DNA from: Prevotella sp.
GTDB lineage: Bacteria; Bacteroidota; Bacteroidia; Bacteroidales; Bacteroidaceae
Reading direction: 5' to 3'
Length of the DNA stretch: 64,000 bases
Assembly (NCBI GenBank): GCA_017467565.1
Contig: JAFUSV010000001.1
Location: 6,744 to 70,743 of the forward strand
In this document: positions 37,284 through 47,459 of the stretch, in pieces
Position numbering within the stretch: position 1 is the stretch's first letter
Layout: every line of letters begins with the position of its first letter
Notes under the pieces: model-generated
The model's database searches: none
The model's input: only the letters and a program-made list of their open reading frames with translations
What the model was told of the DNA's origin: nothing
Translations under genes and position numbers: made by a program

Positions 37284-40200
37284 TTTATAATGGTTTTTTT
37301 TCCGTCAACGATGAATAACCCTTTTCTTTTCGCCGTACGCTGCCCTGCCAGATTGTAGGTCAGTGCCCTCTTGTGCCAGGTGGGGACAGTCATCACGCTC
37401 TCCACCTTCGTGGCATCGCCGACGACCACGCTGCCCTTGGCCGAACCGCCGTCGGCAGCATAGGCAGTGATGGTAACTGCCCCCTCGGCATGGCGGGTGA
37501 TGATGCCGTTGTCATCGACTGAGATAACATTGGGGTTGCTGCTTACCCAGCACAATGCGGTGTTTGTAGCATCGGCAGGCAGGATGGTGGCCTTCAGCTG
37601 CAGGCTCGCACCTACAGCGCACCCCGTCTCAGCTATGCTGATGTTCTCCACCCTGATACCCCCTGTCTGGTAGCAGAGCATGTTGTTGAAGTGTGCGGCC
37701 AGGCCCTTCGTAGCCAGTGCGGCTACCGACGGCTGCCAGTTGCCCTGTACCGTAGCCATGAGCTGTCCGTCAACCATGATCCTCACGCCGTCGCGCTCAC
37801 GCCGGGCCCTCATGTGATAGCCCGCTGCCAAGTCTTCCTGCACATAGATGCAGAACGGACGTGCATATGTTCCCGACTTGGGTGTCAGGTACAGTCTTAC
37901 TGCCGAGGTCTTCACCGGTGCGAATGTGTAGGTATTCATCACGCCCAGCTTCGGTTCGCCTTGCAGCGTTGCCTCCACTTGCTTCCACGAACTGCCTTCC
38001 CTTGCCATCACAATCACTTTTGTGGGCAGGTCGAATGTCTGGTTCAGGTAGGGATAGGGTCCTTCCAGCCACAGCACGTCGATACCCGACACCTCCGTCT
38101 CATTCCGCAGTTCGTAGATGTACGAGTTGGTGGGATAGGCCGTTGATGTCGAGAACGAATACTGCCGCATGGTCTTATGCTTCAATGGAACCGTCTGCTG
38201 GCTGGTGACTATGCCCTGTTCACACGACGTGATGTCCAGTGCCTTCTTGCCGTAATTGATGGTGGCACGCACATAGTTCTGCCCATCGGCATAGACAGGA
38301 TAGAAGCCTGCCTCGCCAGCCGTAGCCAGGCCGTCGGTAGTCATATAGGCAGAGAACTCATAATTCCATGCCGGGTCGCCCTTCAGTGCGAGGGCCTCGA
38401 CAGCTTCAGATGACTGTTGCGACAGTCCGCCTTCATCCACTATCCACGTGCCACTCTGAGCTATCCACCCCAGGATATGACTGTTCCATTCGTCCCAGCC
38501 AGTGGTATATTGTATGGCATCAAAACTCACTGTCGGCGACGAGGCCACCAGTCCTACTGTTCCAGCGCCGCTGTGTCCTATCACGGCATCACCGTCAATG
38601 GTCAGGTTGAATTCGTCGAGCATCACGTGCAGACGATCCACGTTCTTGTACATGGTCAGCGTGTGCCAGGGCTCGGCATAGTCGGCCACCAACGGGTGGT
38701 CTTCCAGGAAGCGGAACTTGGCGGGCAGGGGCTTCTCAGCCGTGGTGACTGTTCCATCCAGGCAGTTGGTCAGTCGCCACTTGCCTTCACGTCCTATCTC
38801 CACGCGCACCCAGTTCTGTTCATCCTTATAGTAGGCATAGGCACCTCCCCAGTCGTTGCTGCCCTTCAAGCGCAGCGGCACTTCGAAGCGGTAGTTGGCC
38901 TCAGCAGGTTTCCGCAGCAGCAGCTCGCCGCCCTCGGCAGCCGTTGGCGCCATCACCTTATCGACCACCTTCCATTCCGATCCGCCCAAGAAGCGGAACG
39001 GATAGTACAGTGCATAGTCGAGATAGTTGATTATGGTGGGCTGTGCCGGTGCAGGATGGTAGCCTGCCGTTCCTTTTACTGTTAACTCTACCACGGGCTC
39101 CTGGCCGTAGAAGTGTATGCGGTCGATACTCTGTTTCTGCTGACCTTCGATGTACGACTTATAGACCATCCACCGCTCAAAACCGTTGGGACCGGCAGTG
39201 AAGTTGGGCTGTGCCGGACCTATCATCACGGGATACATATCCTCATCGCCCGTGTCGTAGAAACCGAAGTCTATGAGCTGCTGGCTGGTATTCGATGTGT
39301 TGGAGCTCACACCTGCCACTGCCACGATATTCTCTCCCTTCTTCAGCCACGACGGGTCTATCATACGTACGGAATAGGTATTGTTGGATGAAGTCACCTT
39401 GAAGTTGTGACCGTTGATATAGAAGGTCGCCGTACCGTTCACCCATAGTTTCATGCCCATGTGCGAGGGTACCTCATCCAGCGTGAACGTACGCCGAATG
39501 TAGATATTACTGGTCTTCCAGAAAGTCTTGCGGGCACGCACCCTGGCATTGGTCATCGTCGTTCCGGAATACAAATCAAACTCCTGATAGCCGAATCCGC
39601 CCTGACCTTGCTTCCATGACGAGTCGTCATAGTCGGCGGATGTCCAGCTGCCAGATGGCTGGCTCGTGGTGTACCGTGCATCCCAACCGCCATGCTCGGC
39701 TGTAGGGGCGATGGGCTTATAGTCAATGAGCTGCTGTTCGGTATTGCGGGTGAGCACCGGATGGGGCAGCTTCTTCGAGTTATTGAAGTTCATGGGCTGG
39801 TCGCTGATGGCGCACCCCACCTGGTACATGCCCGAGCGCGGTCCCATGCGGTTCACGGCATAGAAGATATAGTATTTGTCGTGGTAGCGCGCCAACTCGG
39901 GACCCTCGAAGTTGATATGATTCAGGCTGGTGGGGTGACCCCGTTGGTGAGTCATCTGCACCCTGCCCTCGGTGATGTCCCAGCGTGAGAAAGGCGAGTT
40001 CATGCGGAATGCCCACACTTCGGGCCCGTCGATATTGCTGGCAGCTCGCGTCATGGGATGCGGGTCGGCAGGGTTGCGCTTCTTCACCCAGTAAATCTCA
40101 CCGTCTTCGTCCTGAAACACCTGCACATCAATGCCGTAGTCATCAAAGGGTTCCGTCAGCGGATGCTCCTTATAGTTGCCCTGCGGTTCGTCGCAATAAC

Positions 40201-40546
40201 AATGGCCTATACCGTTGAAGTAGCTGTGCCACACCCCGTTACGGTAAATCAGGTCGCCCGCACCCACCTGTTTGTAAGTCGATGCCTGCGTCCACTGCGG
40301 GTCGTTCAGCCATGTGGCACCATCGGTAGTCACAGCTTTCACAGGATTGGACCATGATACCATGTCCTTCGACCTGTAGATAATACCCTTCGTTTCTTCG
40401 CCCATGGCATAGAAATAGCCACGATGACGTTCTACGCAGCCGTCACGCATGTTATGCACGGGATTGACAAAGCCCTGCTGGGCCGTCGCGGTCAGTATTG
40501 TCATGCCAGCCGCGACCACTGGCCATAGAATTGTTCGCAAGTTCAT
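37280..40546 (-). CDS. Multidomain GH43-like glycoside hydrolase with Ig-like (Big_2) domain and T9SS tail
   Basis: IDVQVFQDEDG, EGPE, KYYIFY; LKATILPADATNTAL.WVSSNP; YNLAGQR tail. Confidence 0.78.
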   Translation of the reverse strand: MNLRTILWPVVAAGMTILTATAQQGFVNPVHNMRDGCVERHRGYFYAMGEETKGIIYRSKDMVSWSNPVKAVTTDGATWLNDPQWTQASTYKQVGAGDLIYRNGVWHSYFNGIGHCYCDEPQGNYKEHPLTEPFDDYGIDVQVFQDEDGEIYWVKKRNPADPHPMTRAASNIDGPEVWAFRMNSPFSRWDITEGRVQMTHQRGHPTSLNHINFEGPELARYHDKYYIFYAVNRMGPRSGMYQVGCAISDQPMNFNNSKKLPHPVLTRNTEQQLIDYKPIAPTAEHGGWDARYTTSQPSGSWTSADYDDSSWKQGQGGFGYQEFDLYSGTTMTNARVRARKTFWKTSNIYIRRTFTLDEVPSHMGMKLWVNGTATFYINGHNFKVTSSNNTYSVRMIDPSWLKKGENIVAVAGVSSNTSNTSQQLIDFGFYDTGDEDMYPVMIGPAQPNFTAGPNGFERWMVYKSYIEGQQKQSIDRIHFYGQEPVVELTVKGTAGYHPAPAQPTIINYLDYALYYPFRFLGGSEWKVVDKVMAPTAAEGGELLLRKPAEANYRFEVPLRLKGSNDWGGAYAYYKDEQNWVRVEIGREGKWRLTNCLDGTVTTAEKPLPAKFRFLEDHPLVADYAEPWHTLTMYKNVDRLHVMLDEFNLTIDGDAVIGHSGAGTVGLVASSPTVSFDAIQYTTGWDEWNSHILGWIAQSGTWIVDEGGLSQQSSEAVEALALKGDPAWNYEFSAYMTTDGLATAGEAGFYPVYADGQNYVRATINYGKKALDITSCEQGIVTSQQTVPLKHKTMRQYSFSTSTAYPTNSYIYELRNETEVSGIDVLWLEGPYPYLNQTFDLPTKVIVMAREGSSWKQVEATLQGEPKLGVMNTYTFAPVKTSAVRLYLTPKSGTYARPFCIYVQEDLAAGYHMRARRERDGVRIMVDGQLMATVQGNWQPSVAALATKGLAAHFNNMLCYQTGGIRVENISIAETGCAVGASLQLKATILPADATNTALCWVSSNPNVISVDDNGIITRHAEGAVTITAYAADGGSAKGSVVVGDATKVESVMTVPTWHKRALTYNLAGQRTAKRKGLFIVDGKKTIIK

Positions 40547-40575
40547 GGTGCTGATAATTATTAAAACTTTTCGCT

Positions 40576-40642
40576 TGCAAAGTTACAATAATGATACCCT
40601 ATACATGGGGTAAAAATGTTCTTAATACAGGGAATATTGTTA
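40576..40642 (-). promoter_or_regulatory. TAnnTTTG promoter with candidate HTCS tandem boxes
   Basis: TAACTTTGCA (40585-40576); GAACATTTTT (40621-40612) and TAACAATATT (40642-40633), 21 bp apart. Confidence 0.6.
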
Positions 40643-40659
40643 GGGAGTGGACGGAAAAG

Positions 40660-43600
40660 TTACTTTTCGTCCGTATCTTCATTTCTTTTTGCCTGTTGCT
40701 GGGCCACGAACTCACGTGGAAGCTGTCCCGTTGACTTCTTGAAACACTTGGCAAAGTAGTTGGGGTCTGAGAATCCCGTGGCATAGGCAGTGTCGGTGGG
40801 CGTATGTCCAGCAAGGAGCAGCTCCTTCGCTTTCCTGACACGCGTCTCACGGATGTATTCTCCGATGGACATATTAATCAGGCTCTTGAGCTTCACATGC
40901 AGCTTCGTACGACTCACACCCACTCCCATGCACACGTCGTTCACACAGAAGTCGCTGTTACCGATATTCTCCTCAACCATCTTACGGATATCGCGCAGCA
41001 GTTTCTCGTCATAACGGTTGTTGGCCATCACGCTGATGTCGAGGGTTGCCGACTCGTTGAACAGTCGGCGGTTTTTATCGCGCGTCTTCAGCGTGTTTTT
41101 CACCTGCAACAGCAGAACAGCGGGGTCGAAGGGTTTCTCTATGTAGGCATCGGCTCCCAGCTCATAGCCCTCGCGTGTAGCCTGGGTGCCGCCCTTGGCC
41201 GTCAGCAGTATGACGGGGATGTGGGCAGTGAGTAAATCGCTCTTCACGGCACGACACAGCTCGGTACCGCTGAGACGAGGCATCATCACATCACTGACGA
41301 TGATATCTGGCAGATGGGCGGCCCTTATCTGGTCGAGAGCCTGCTGCCCGTCATTGGCAGTGAACAACTGGAATTCCCCTTCAAAGATGCTGGTGAGGAA
41401 CCGTAGCATGTCAGGGTTGTCCTCGACCAAGAGCACGGTGCTGAGCCCCTCATCAGTGTGCTGAGGCTCTACATCGCCAACAGCCGTTGCCACCACAGCT
41501 TTTTCGTCGTCGGCATCCTTCAGTGCGGAGGCGGCAGGTTGCATCTGCAACGTAGCGGTGAATGTGGACCCACGCCCAGGTTCCGATTCCACTGTTATCA
41601 TTCCTCCATGGGCTTCAACCAGACGTTTGGTCACGGCGAGGCCTACGCCCCACCCCTGCGACTTGTTACCGTCGGCATTGGCCTGGTAGAATTTCTCGAA
41701 GATATGGCTCATAGTTTCCTCATCCATGCCTATGCCTGTATCACTGACACTGATGCATAGTTCGCCATGAGGGCTCAGTGTGGCCGAAAGCTCTACAGTG
41801 CCGCCCTGGGGTGTGAACTTAAAGGCATTGGAGAGCAGATTGGCTACGATTTTCTCTACTGCCTCGGGCGAATAGGAACCTTCTGTCTCCCAGTCCTCTA
41901 TCTCAACGTTGTAAACCATACCCTTCTCGTCGGCAAGGGGCTGGAAACGGCTCGACACATCGTTGACAAGGGCAAGGGGATTGCCATACACCATCTTCAG
42001 CCGTTGGTGGATGTCGCGCATTCCTCCTGCCTCGACCAGCTCGTCGAGCAGCGACTGCATGGTGCCGGCGCCTTTCAGAATGGTTTCAATGTTCTCTTTT
42101 GACTTTCCGCTTTTCACTTCATGGAGCAGCTTGCGGGCAGGGGCAATAATGAGCGAGAGAGGTGTCTTGAACTCGTGCGAGATATCGGTGAAGAAAGCCT
42201 GCTTCATCTGGTCCAGCTTTTCCAGTTTCTCCTTTTCGATACGCATCTCATAGGCCATGCGCTTTTCATGCTGTCGGCGGCGATAGTGTCGCCACAGCCA
42301 CCAGAGGAAGGCGCCAAGGAGCAGGGCGTAGGCCGTGTAAGCCCACCATGTAGCATAGAAAGGCGGACGGATGATGATAGTGATAGAGCGCACGTTACTA
42401 TCAGAGAAGACGCCGCGTGTAGAAGAGGCACGGACTGAAAAGACATAACGCCCCGAGGGGAGGTGCGAATAGTATAGCTTGCGCTGGGTGCCTACATATT
42501 GCCATTCGCTGCCCAGGCCTTCCATCTTCACTTCATAGACTATTCCCTGCGTATGGGCTGGCTGTATGGCAGCAAAGGCAATGCCGATGGTGGCGGCCTC
42601 ATCGTGACTGAGCGTCATGCAATCGAGCGCATCTATGTCGCACTCCTTGTCTGCGGCCAGTGTCAGTGGCAGCAACTGTACTGGTGGAAAGGTGGGCTCG
42701 GACATCACTTGCTCTGGCCGGAAGGACACGAGTCCGTCAACCGCTCCGAACCAGAGCGTGCCCTGTGAGTCACAGAGCGCGGAGGTGTAGTTGAAATGGC
42801 CTGTGGGCAGGTCGTCGCCTCCGCTGAGCATGGTTGCCGTCCGACTTTCGGGATCGAGCCGATAGATGCTCTTACCAGCCGTTATCCACAGGCTCCCGTC
42901 AGCCGACTCGGTGAGGCCGTAGATGCACAGTTCGGCCAGCACGCCGCTACGTATCATGGACTCGAAGGAGGCGTTCTCCTTTTTGAGAAAGAGTCCACCG
43001 TTGTTGGTACCCACCCAGAGCTGTCCGCTACGTGTGACGAGCAGAGTGGTGATGTAGTCGTCGGTAAGCTGTCCCTGGGCTGTTCCTGCCATGTAGTGGT
43101 GGGTTGTTCCCGTCGTCTTGTCGTAGCTGATGAGTCCGTTGTATCGCGTGCCAACCCATACGATGCCGTCCTTGTCGCTGTCTAGGTGGAAGACGAAGGC
43201 ATGGTCGAGGAGCTGCTGGTGTATGGGTTCTATTTGCTGCGATGCGTTGTCGTAATGATAGAGTCCGTTGGTGGTTCCTATCCACAGGTCGCTGTCGCGG
43301 TCGGTGCAGAGGGCAAAGATGTTGTTCTCTGCCAGTGGTGAGTTGTGCCTGTCGTAGGTATAGGCATCATGGGTGTCAAGATTGTAGCGTGTCAGTCCGC
43401 CCATGAACGTTCCTATCCATAGGTTGCGGTGGTTGTCGATGAGCAGCGAGTGGATGTTGTCCGACGACATGCCACTGATGTTGACGCGGCTGATAATGTC
43501 GGTGGTGCGGTCTAAAAGGTTGAGCCCGCCGTCCTCGGTGGCTATCCACAGCCGTTGGGGGGACTCTTCGGCCATTTGCCTCACGGCTTTTCCGCCCAGT

Positions 43601-44652
43601 TGCCCGGGCTGGTTGCCCGGGGCGTAGTACTTGATGCGTGCCGATGCACTGCTATAGAGATTGACGCCTCCGAAGTAGGTCCCTATCCATACGTTGTCGT
43701 CATTGTCGCACAGTATGGAATAGACGGCGTTGTCGCTCAGCGAGAAGGGGTTGGCATAGTCTTGGCTGAGGGATTCGGTGTGTCCGTCAGGACTGATGAT
43801 GACAAGGCCGCGCTCGGTGCCCACCCAGATGCGGCCCTGGCGATCGGCATCTATGGCCCGCACGACGTTGTTGGTCATGGGTGTACCCGTCTCGTAGTGG
43901 CTGACGGCTCCTGTGGTCTGATTGTAGCTTATCACGTCGCGTCCGTTCTTTCCTGCCCATATATGGTCGTCGGCATCGCAGTAGAGTGCGGTGACGAAGT
44001 CGGTATCGAGTCGCTCCTCGGCATTCCTGAGCGACACCTCGGTCAGCCGGCTCTTGCCTTGCGGCCTGTAGGCATGCAGTCCCTGGCGCCCTCCTACCCA
44101 TAGCAGTCCGTTGCGGTCGGCAGCCAGCACATTAGTTCCTTTGATGACTGTCTGCCCGTCGGGCATCGTGACTGCTGCGAGCTGCTGTCGGCCGATGTCG
44201 ATGACGTAGAGCATCCCAGAAGCGCAATAGATGTTGCCGTCGGCATGCTGTACGATGGAAAGGACCTGACCGTTCATGCCGCCATAGCGCAGGAAGTCGT
44301 TGCTTTCGGTACGGTAGCGGCACACGCCCTTGTCGGTGCCTATCCAGATGCGGCCCTGACGGTCCTGACAGAGTGAGCGGATGAAATTGTCGGGCAGCGA
44401 CGTGCTGTCGTTGATGCTGCGCAGGAATGGCTGGAAGTCGTAGCCGTTGTAACGGTAAAGTCCGTTGCGGGTGCCAAACCAGATGAGCCCGCGGTGGTCT
44501 TGCAGGATGCAGGTGATATGGCTTTGTAGCAGTCCGTTGCCCGTGGTGAGGTGGGTAAACTGTATGGGCTGATTGTAGGCTGGACGCGGAACTAAGGGTT
44601 GGGCACAAACAGCCACTGAGGCTATGGTTATCAGGAGGAGCAGTCGTCGCAT
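40660..44652 (-). CDS. Hybrid two-component system (HTCS) regulator A
   Basis: Reg_prop repeats, YYY domain, ISHEFKTPL, NLLSNAFKFT, SDVMMP, AraC GFSDPNYF. Start placed at MRRLLL, downstream of TATTTTTGCA. Confidence 0.95.
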   Translation of the reverse strand: MRRLLLLITIASVAVCAQPLVPRPAYNQPIQFTHLTTGNGLLQSHITCILQDHRGLIWFGTRNGLYRYNGYDFQPFLRSINDSTSLPDNFIRSLCQDRQGRIWIGTDKGVCRYRTESNDFLRYGGMNGQVLSIVQHADGNIYCASGMLYVIDIGRQQLAAVTMPDGQTVIKGTNVLAADRNGLLWVGGRQGLHAYRPQGKSRLTEVSLRNAEERLDTDFVTALYCDADDHIWAGKNGRDVISYNQTTGAVSHYETGTPMTNNVVRAIDADRQGRIWVGTERGLVIISPDGHTESLSQDYANPFSLSDNAVYSILCDNDDNVWIGTYFGGVNLYSSASARIKYYAPGNQPGQLGGKAVRQMAEESPQRLWIATEDGGLNLLDRTTDIISRVNISGMSSDNIHSLLIDNHRNLWIGTFMGGLTRYNLDTHDAYTYDRHNSPLAENNIFALCTDRDSDLWIGTTNGLYHYDNASQQIEPIHQQLLDHAFVFHLDSDKDGIVWVGTRYNGLISYDKTTGTTHHYMAGTAQGQLTDDYITTLLVTRSGQLWVGTNNGGLFLKKENASFESMIRSGVLAELCIYGLTESADGSLWITAGKSIYRLDPESRTATMLSGGDDLPTGHFNYTSALCDSQGTLWFGAVDGLVSFRPEQVMSEPTFPPVQLLPLTLAADKECDIDALDCMTLSHDEAATIGIAFAAIQPAHTQGIVYEVKMEGLGSEWQYVGTQRKLYYSHLPSGRYVFSVRASSTRGVFSDSNVRSITIIIRPPFYATWWAYTAYALLLGAFLWWLWRHYRRRQHEKRMAYEMRIEKEKLEKLDQMKQAFFTDISHEFKTPLSLIIAPARKLLHEVKSGKSKENIETILKGAGTMQSLLDELVEAGGMRDIHQRLKMVYGNPLALVNDVSSRFQPLADEKGMVYNVEIEDWETEGSYSPEAVEKIVANLLSNAFKFTPQGGTVELSATLSPHGELCISVSDTGIGMDEETMSHIFEKFYQANADGNKSQGWGVGLAVTKRLVEAHGGMITVESEPGRGSTFTATLQMQPAASALKDADDEKAVVATAVGDVEPQHTDEGLSTVLLVEDNPDMLRFLTSIFEGEFQLFTANDGQQALDQIRAAHLPDIIVSDVMMPRLSGTELCRAVKSDLLTAHIPVILLTAKGGTQATREGYELGADAYIEKPFDPAVLLLQVKNTLKTRDKNRRLFNESATLDISVMANNRYDEKLLRDIRKMVEENIGNSDFCVNDVCMGVGVSRTKLHVKLKSLINMSIGEYIRETRVRKAKELLLAGHTPTDTAYATGFSDPNYFAKCFKKSTGQLPREFVAQQQAKRNEDTDEK

Positions 44653-44687
44653 AGGGCAATAGTTGTTTAGTTTTGAATGCAAAAATA

Positions 44688-44720
44688 GTCATGCCATGGC
44701 ACTAAAGGCCACGGCATGAC
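44688..44720 (-). terminator. Hairpin after the PUL-A lipoprotein gene
   Basis: GTCATGCC...GGCATGAC stem. Confidence 0.55.
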
Positions 44721-44732
44721 AAAGATTTGTGT

Positions 44733-45713
44733 TTATTTAACAGTCACTTCCACCACTACCTGGCTCTCGCATCTGCATTCGGGACGGTCTGCCAGTTGGT
44801 TGGTCAGTGTGTAGGTGACGGTCTGGGAGAAATCCACCTCCGACATGCCCGAAGTCTGCGGTTGGCCATCGATGCTCACACTTAGGGCATCAGCCGAACT
44901 GAAGACTGGCTTCAGGCGGGTCAGGTCGGTGCCTGAGGGCAGTGTCACGCTGACAAAGGTCTTGTCGTAGCTATAGGCTGAATAGGTCGTCGTACCTGCG
45001 ACACCATCAATGGAGAACGTCTCGAACACAGGATAGCTGAGCGTATAGACCTGATAGGTCTTTACCAGACCGGAGGCTGCTGTGACGCCAATGGTCGGTG
45101 AGGCGGTGAGGTCGTACTTCGTCTTGTCGGAATAGGGCTCACCGCTGATGTCGATAGTGGCATTGGGCGACATGGCCGTAATGCCCAGACGCTGTGCATT
45201 GGCCTTGACGGCAACATCGCGGTTGTTGACCCTCACCTTGTAGGGCATGGCCACCAGCACGAAGTCGTCGCCTATCTCGGCTGCCATTTCCTTGTTGTAA
45301 AGATCCTTCTGCAGGATGACCGACCTGAGCTGGTTGTTATCATCGGTCACGGTGATGGTGACCTTGGCAACAGCCATCTTGCTCTCGCGCCCTTCCTTGT
45401 CGTAGTTGGTGGCTACGATAGTGGCGGTATAGACACCTGCAGTGGGATAGGCATAAGTGGCTACGCCCTTGCTCATGACAAGACCAGTGCTGCCCTGGTT
45501 GACCAGGTCCCAGTCGTGGCCTGCATCACCCGGGAACACCACTGCCTGAACGGCATTGCTGCCTGTAAAGGCGAAAGTGACGGTCTGGTTAATGCCTACG
45601 TCGGTGGCCGAAACAGTGAAGTCGGCTGTGGGCATCAGCACCTCCTCGTCGCTGCAGGCAGCAAACAGGGCGGCGACAAGTGTCAAACAGACGATATTTA
45701 GATATTTCTTCAT
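44733..45713 (-). CDS. PUL surface lipoprotein (PKD/Ig-like, SusE-position)
   Basis: MKKYLNIV...FAAC-SDEE lipobox; follows susD. Confidence 0.85.
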   Translation of the reverse strand: MKKYLNIVCLTLVAALFAACSDEEVLMPTADFTVSATDVGINQTVTFAFTGSNAVQAVVFPGDAGHDWDLVNQGSTGLVMSKGVATYAYPTAGVYTATIVATNYDKEGRESKMAVAKVTITVTDDNNQLRSVILQKDLYNKEMAAEIGDDFVLVAMPYKVRVNNRDVAVKANAQRLGITAMSPNATIDISGEPYSDKTKYDLTASPTIGVTAASGLVKTYQVYTLSYPVFETFSIDGVAGTTTYSAYSYDKTFVSVTLPSGTDLTRLKPVFSSADALSVSIDGQPQTSGMSEVDFSQTVTYTLTNQLADRPECRCESQVVVEVTVK

Positions 45714-45726
45714 AGATGTGTAAATG

Positions 45727-47412
45727 TTAGTAACCTGGATTTTGTTCAACGACACCATTGGTGACATCGACCTCGGTCTGAGGGATGGGGAACAGTTCGT
45801 GTACGCCCTCGATGTAGTTCTTTCCACGTCCCCACACCTGCTCGGAAGCCAGGTTGTGTAGGATGGTGGCAGCACGTCCCTGACGCACGATGTCAAAATA
45901 GCGGTCCCACAGATGGCAGAGCTCTATGCGACGCTCGGTCCATATCTGTGAACGCATCTCGAGATAGGTGCCGGCAGTGTAGAGCGTGGAGACATTGGTG
46001 ATCTCGTTGGCTACTGCCTTCACTCTGTTCAGCTGGGTGAGGGCCTCCTCGCGGCGGCCCACCTCGTTGAGGGCCTCGGCATACATCAGCACCACATCAG
46101 AGTAGATGATGACACGGCGGTTCTTGGCATTGTCATTCTCGTCCAGCGGACGCTCGTTCTTGGGCGTGTACCATTTCATGCACCCATAGCGTGTGGCGGG
46201 CACCTCCAGACGTTCGTTGTCGAAGGTGGCACTGGCATGGAGCAGGATGATAACATCGCGGCGCGGGTCGTTGGCCACGGCATTGCGGAACGAGGTGGAG
46301 GCCCAGAGGCGGTTCCAGAACAGGTCGTTCATGATGCCCATACCCTCGTTGTCGTCGTCGCTCTTGCCTGTGGCACTCTCCTTGAACACGATCTCGAAGA
46401 CGGAGCGCGAGCAGAACTCGCCCATCTGGTAGTAGAGGTCGCGGTAGTGGAGCGTGGAGCCGTCGTAGCTGGACTTCGACACCAGCGAATAGATGTTGGC
46501 CAGGGCAGGCAGGGCGGTGTCCTCGGTGGTATAGACCTCGCCTGAGAGCAGTTTCTCGCGTGGCTTGAACCACAGTCGGCGCATCAGCTGGTCCCACGTC
46601 TCGTCGTACTGGTCGAGGTGCAGGATGTCACGGTAGGTGAGCGTCTGTCCGGTGATGAAGTAGTCGCCGAGCAGGGCTATCTCCTCCCACTTGTCGGAAA
46701 GCTTGCCTGGCGTAGCCTCGTACATGAGCACCTTCATGAGCAGGGCCACACAGGCTCCGCAGCCCACCTTGCCGCTGGAGGCATCGGTATATTTGGCGTC
46801 GAGCATGCAGGCAGCCTCGCGCAGATCGCGCTCTATGTAGGCATAGACCTCTTCCTTGCTGGAGCGGGGGATGGTCAGGCGGTTGATGTCCTCAGTCTCA
46901 GGACGGATGGGCACGCCGCCGAAGGTGCGTACGAGCTCGAAGTAGAAGTAGGCACGCAGGAACTTGGCCTGACCGAGGATGGCCCGCACCGTGGTGTAGT
47001 TGCTGGCATCGTCGCTGGAGAACTTCACACTGTTGATATGTGAGATGAGCTGGTTGGCACGGTTGATGCCACGATACATGATCTGATAGCGACGCAACAG
47101 CCAATCGTTGGAGGTATCGAAGCGGAAGTTCACCAGTTCGGCTATCTGCGACGTGCCGTTCTCGTCGGTACCTACGACGTCGTCGCCGCAGGCCTCGCCG
47201 AAGATCCATGCGCAGTTGGTAAACTGGTTGCTCTGCAGCACGTCATAGACGGCATTGAGGCCCTCCTGCAACTCGTACTTCGTCTTGTAGAAGCTATCGG
47301 GGGTAGATGCTCCCTGCACCTCCTTCTCGAGGAAGTCGCTACAGGCGGTGAACAGCAGTGCTGCCACTACAATGTAAAAATTACAAAATATAAATGGTTT
47401 TATCCTTTTCAT
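45727..47412 (-). CDS. susD: SusD/RagB lipoprotein (PUL-A)
   Basis: TACSDFLEK, AKFLRAYFYFELVRTFGGVP, ERRIEL, FPIPQTE, EQNPGY. Confidence 0.95.
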   Translation of the reverse strand: MKRIKPFIFCNFYIVVAALLFTACSDFLEKEVQGASTPDSFYKTKYELQEGLNAVYDVLQSNQFTNCAWIFGEACGDDVVGTDENGTSQIAELVNFRFDTSNDWLLRRYQIMYRGINRANQLISHINSVKFSSDDASNYTTVRAILGQAKFLRAYFYFELVRTFGGVPIRPETEDINRLTIPRSSKEEVYAYIERDLREAACMLDAKYTDASSGKVGCGACVALLMKVLMYEATPGKLSDKWEEIALLGDYFITGQTLTYRDILHLDQYDETWDQLMRRLWFKPREKLLSGEVYTTEDTALPALANIYSLVSKSSYDGSTLHYRDLYYQMGEFCSRSVFEIVFKESATGKSDDDNEGMGIMNDLFWNRLWASTSFRNAVANDPRRDVIILLHASATFDNERLEVPATRYGCMKWYTPKNERPLDENDNAKNRRVIIYSDVVLMYAEALNEVGRREEALTQLNRVKAVANEITNVSTLYTAGTYLEMRSQIWTERRIELCHLWDRYFDIVRQGRAATILHNLASEQVWGRGKNYIEGVHELFPIPQTEVDVTNGVVEQNPGY

Positions 47413-47459
47413 AATCGTCGAGTCATTTACATTATTGGTATTTAAAATTTTTACATTTC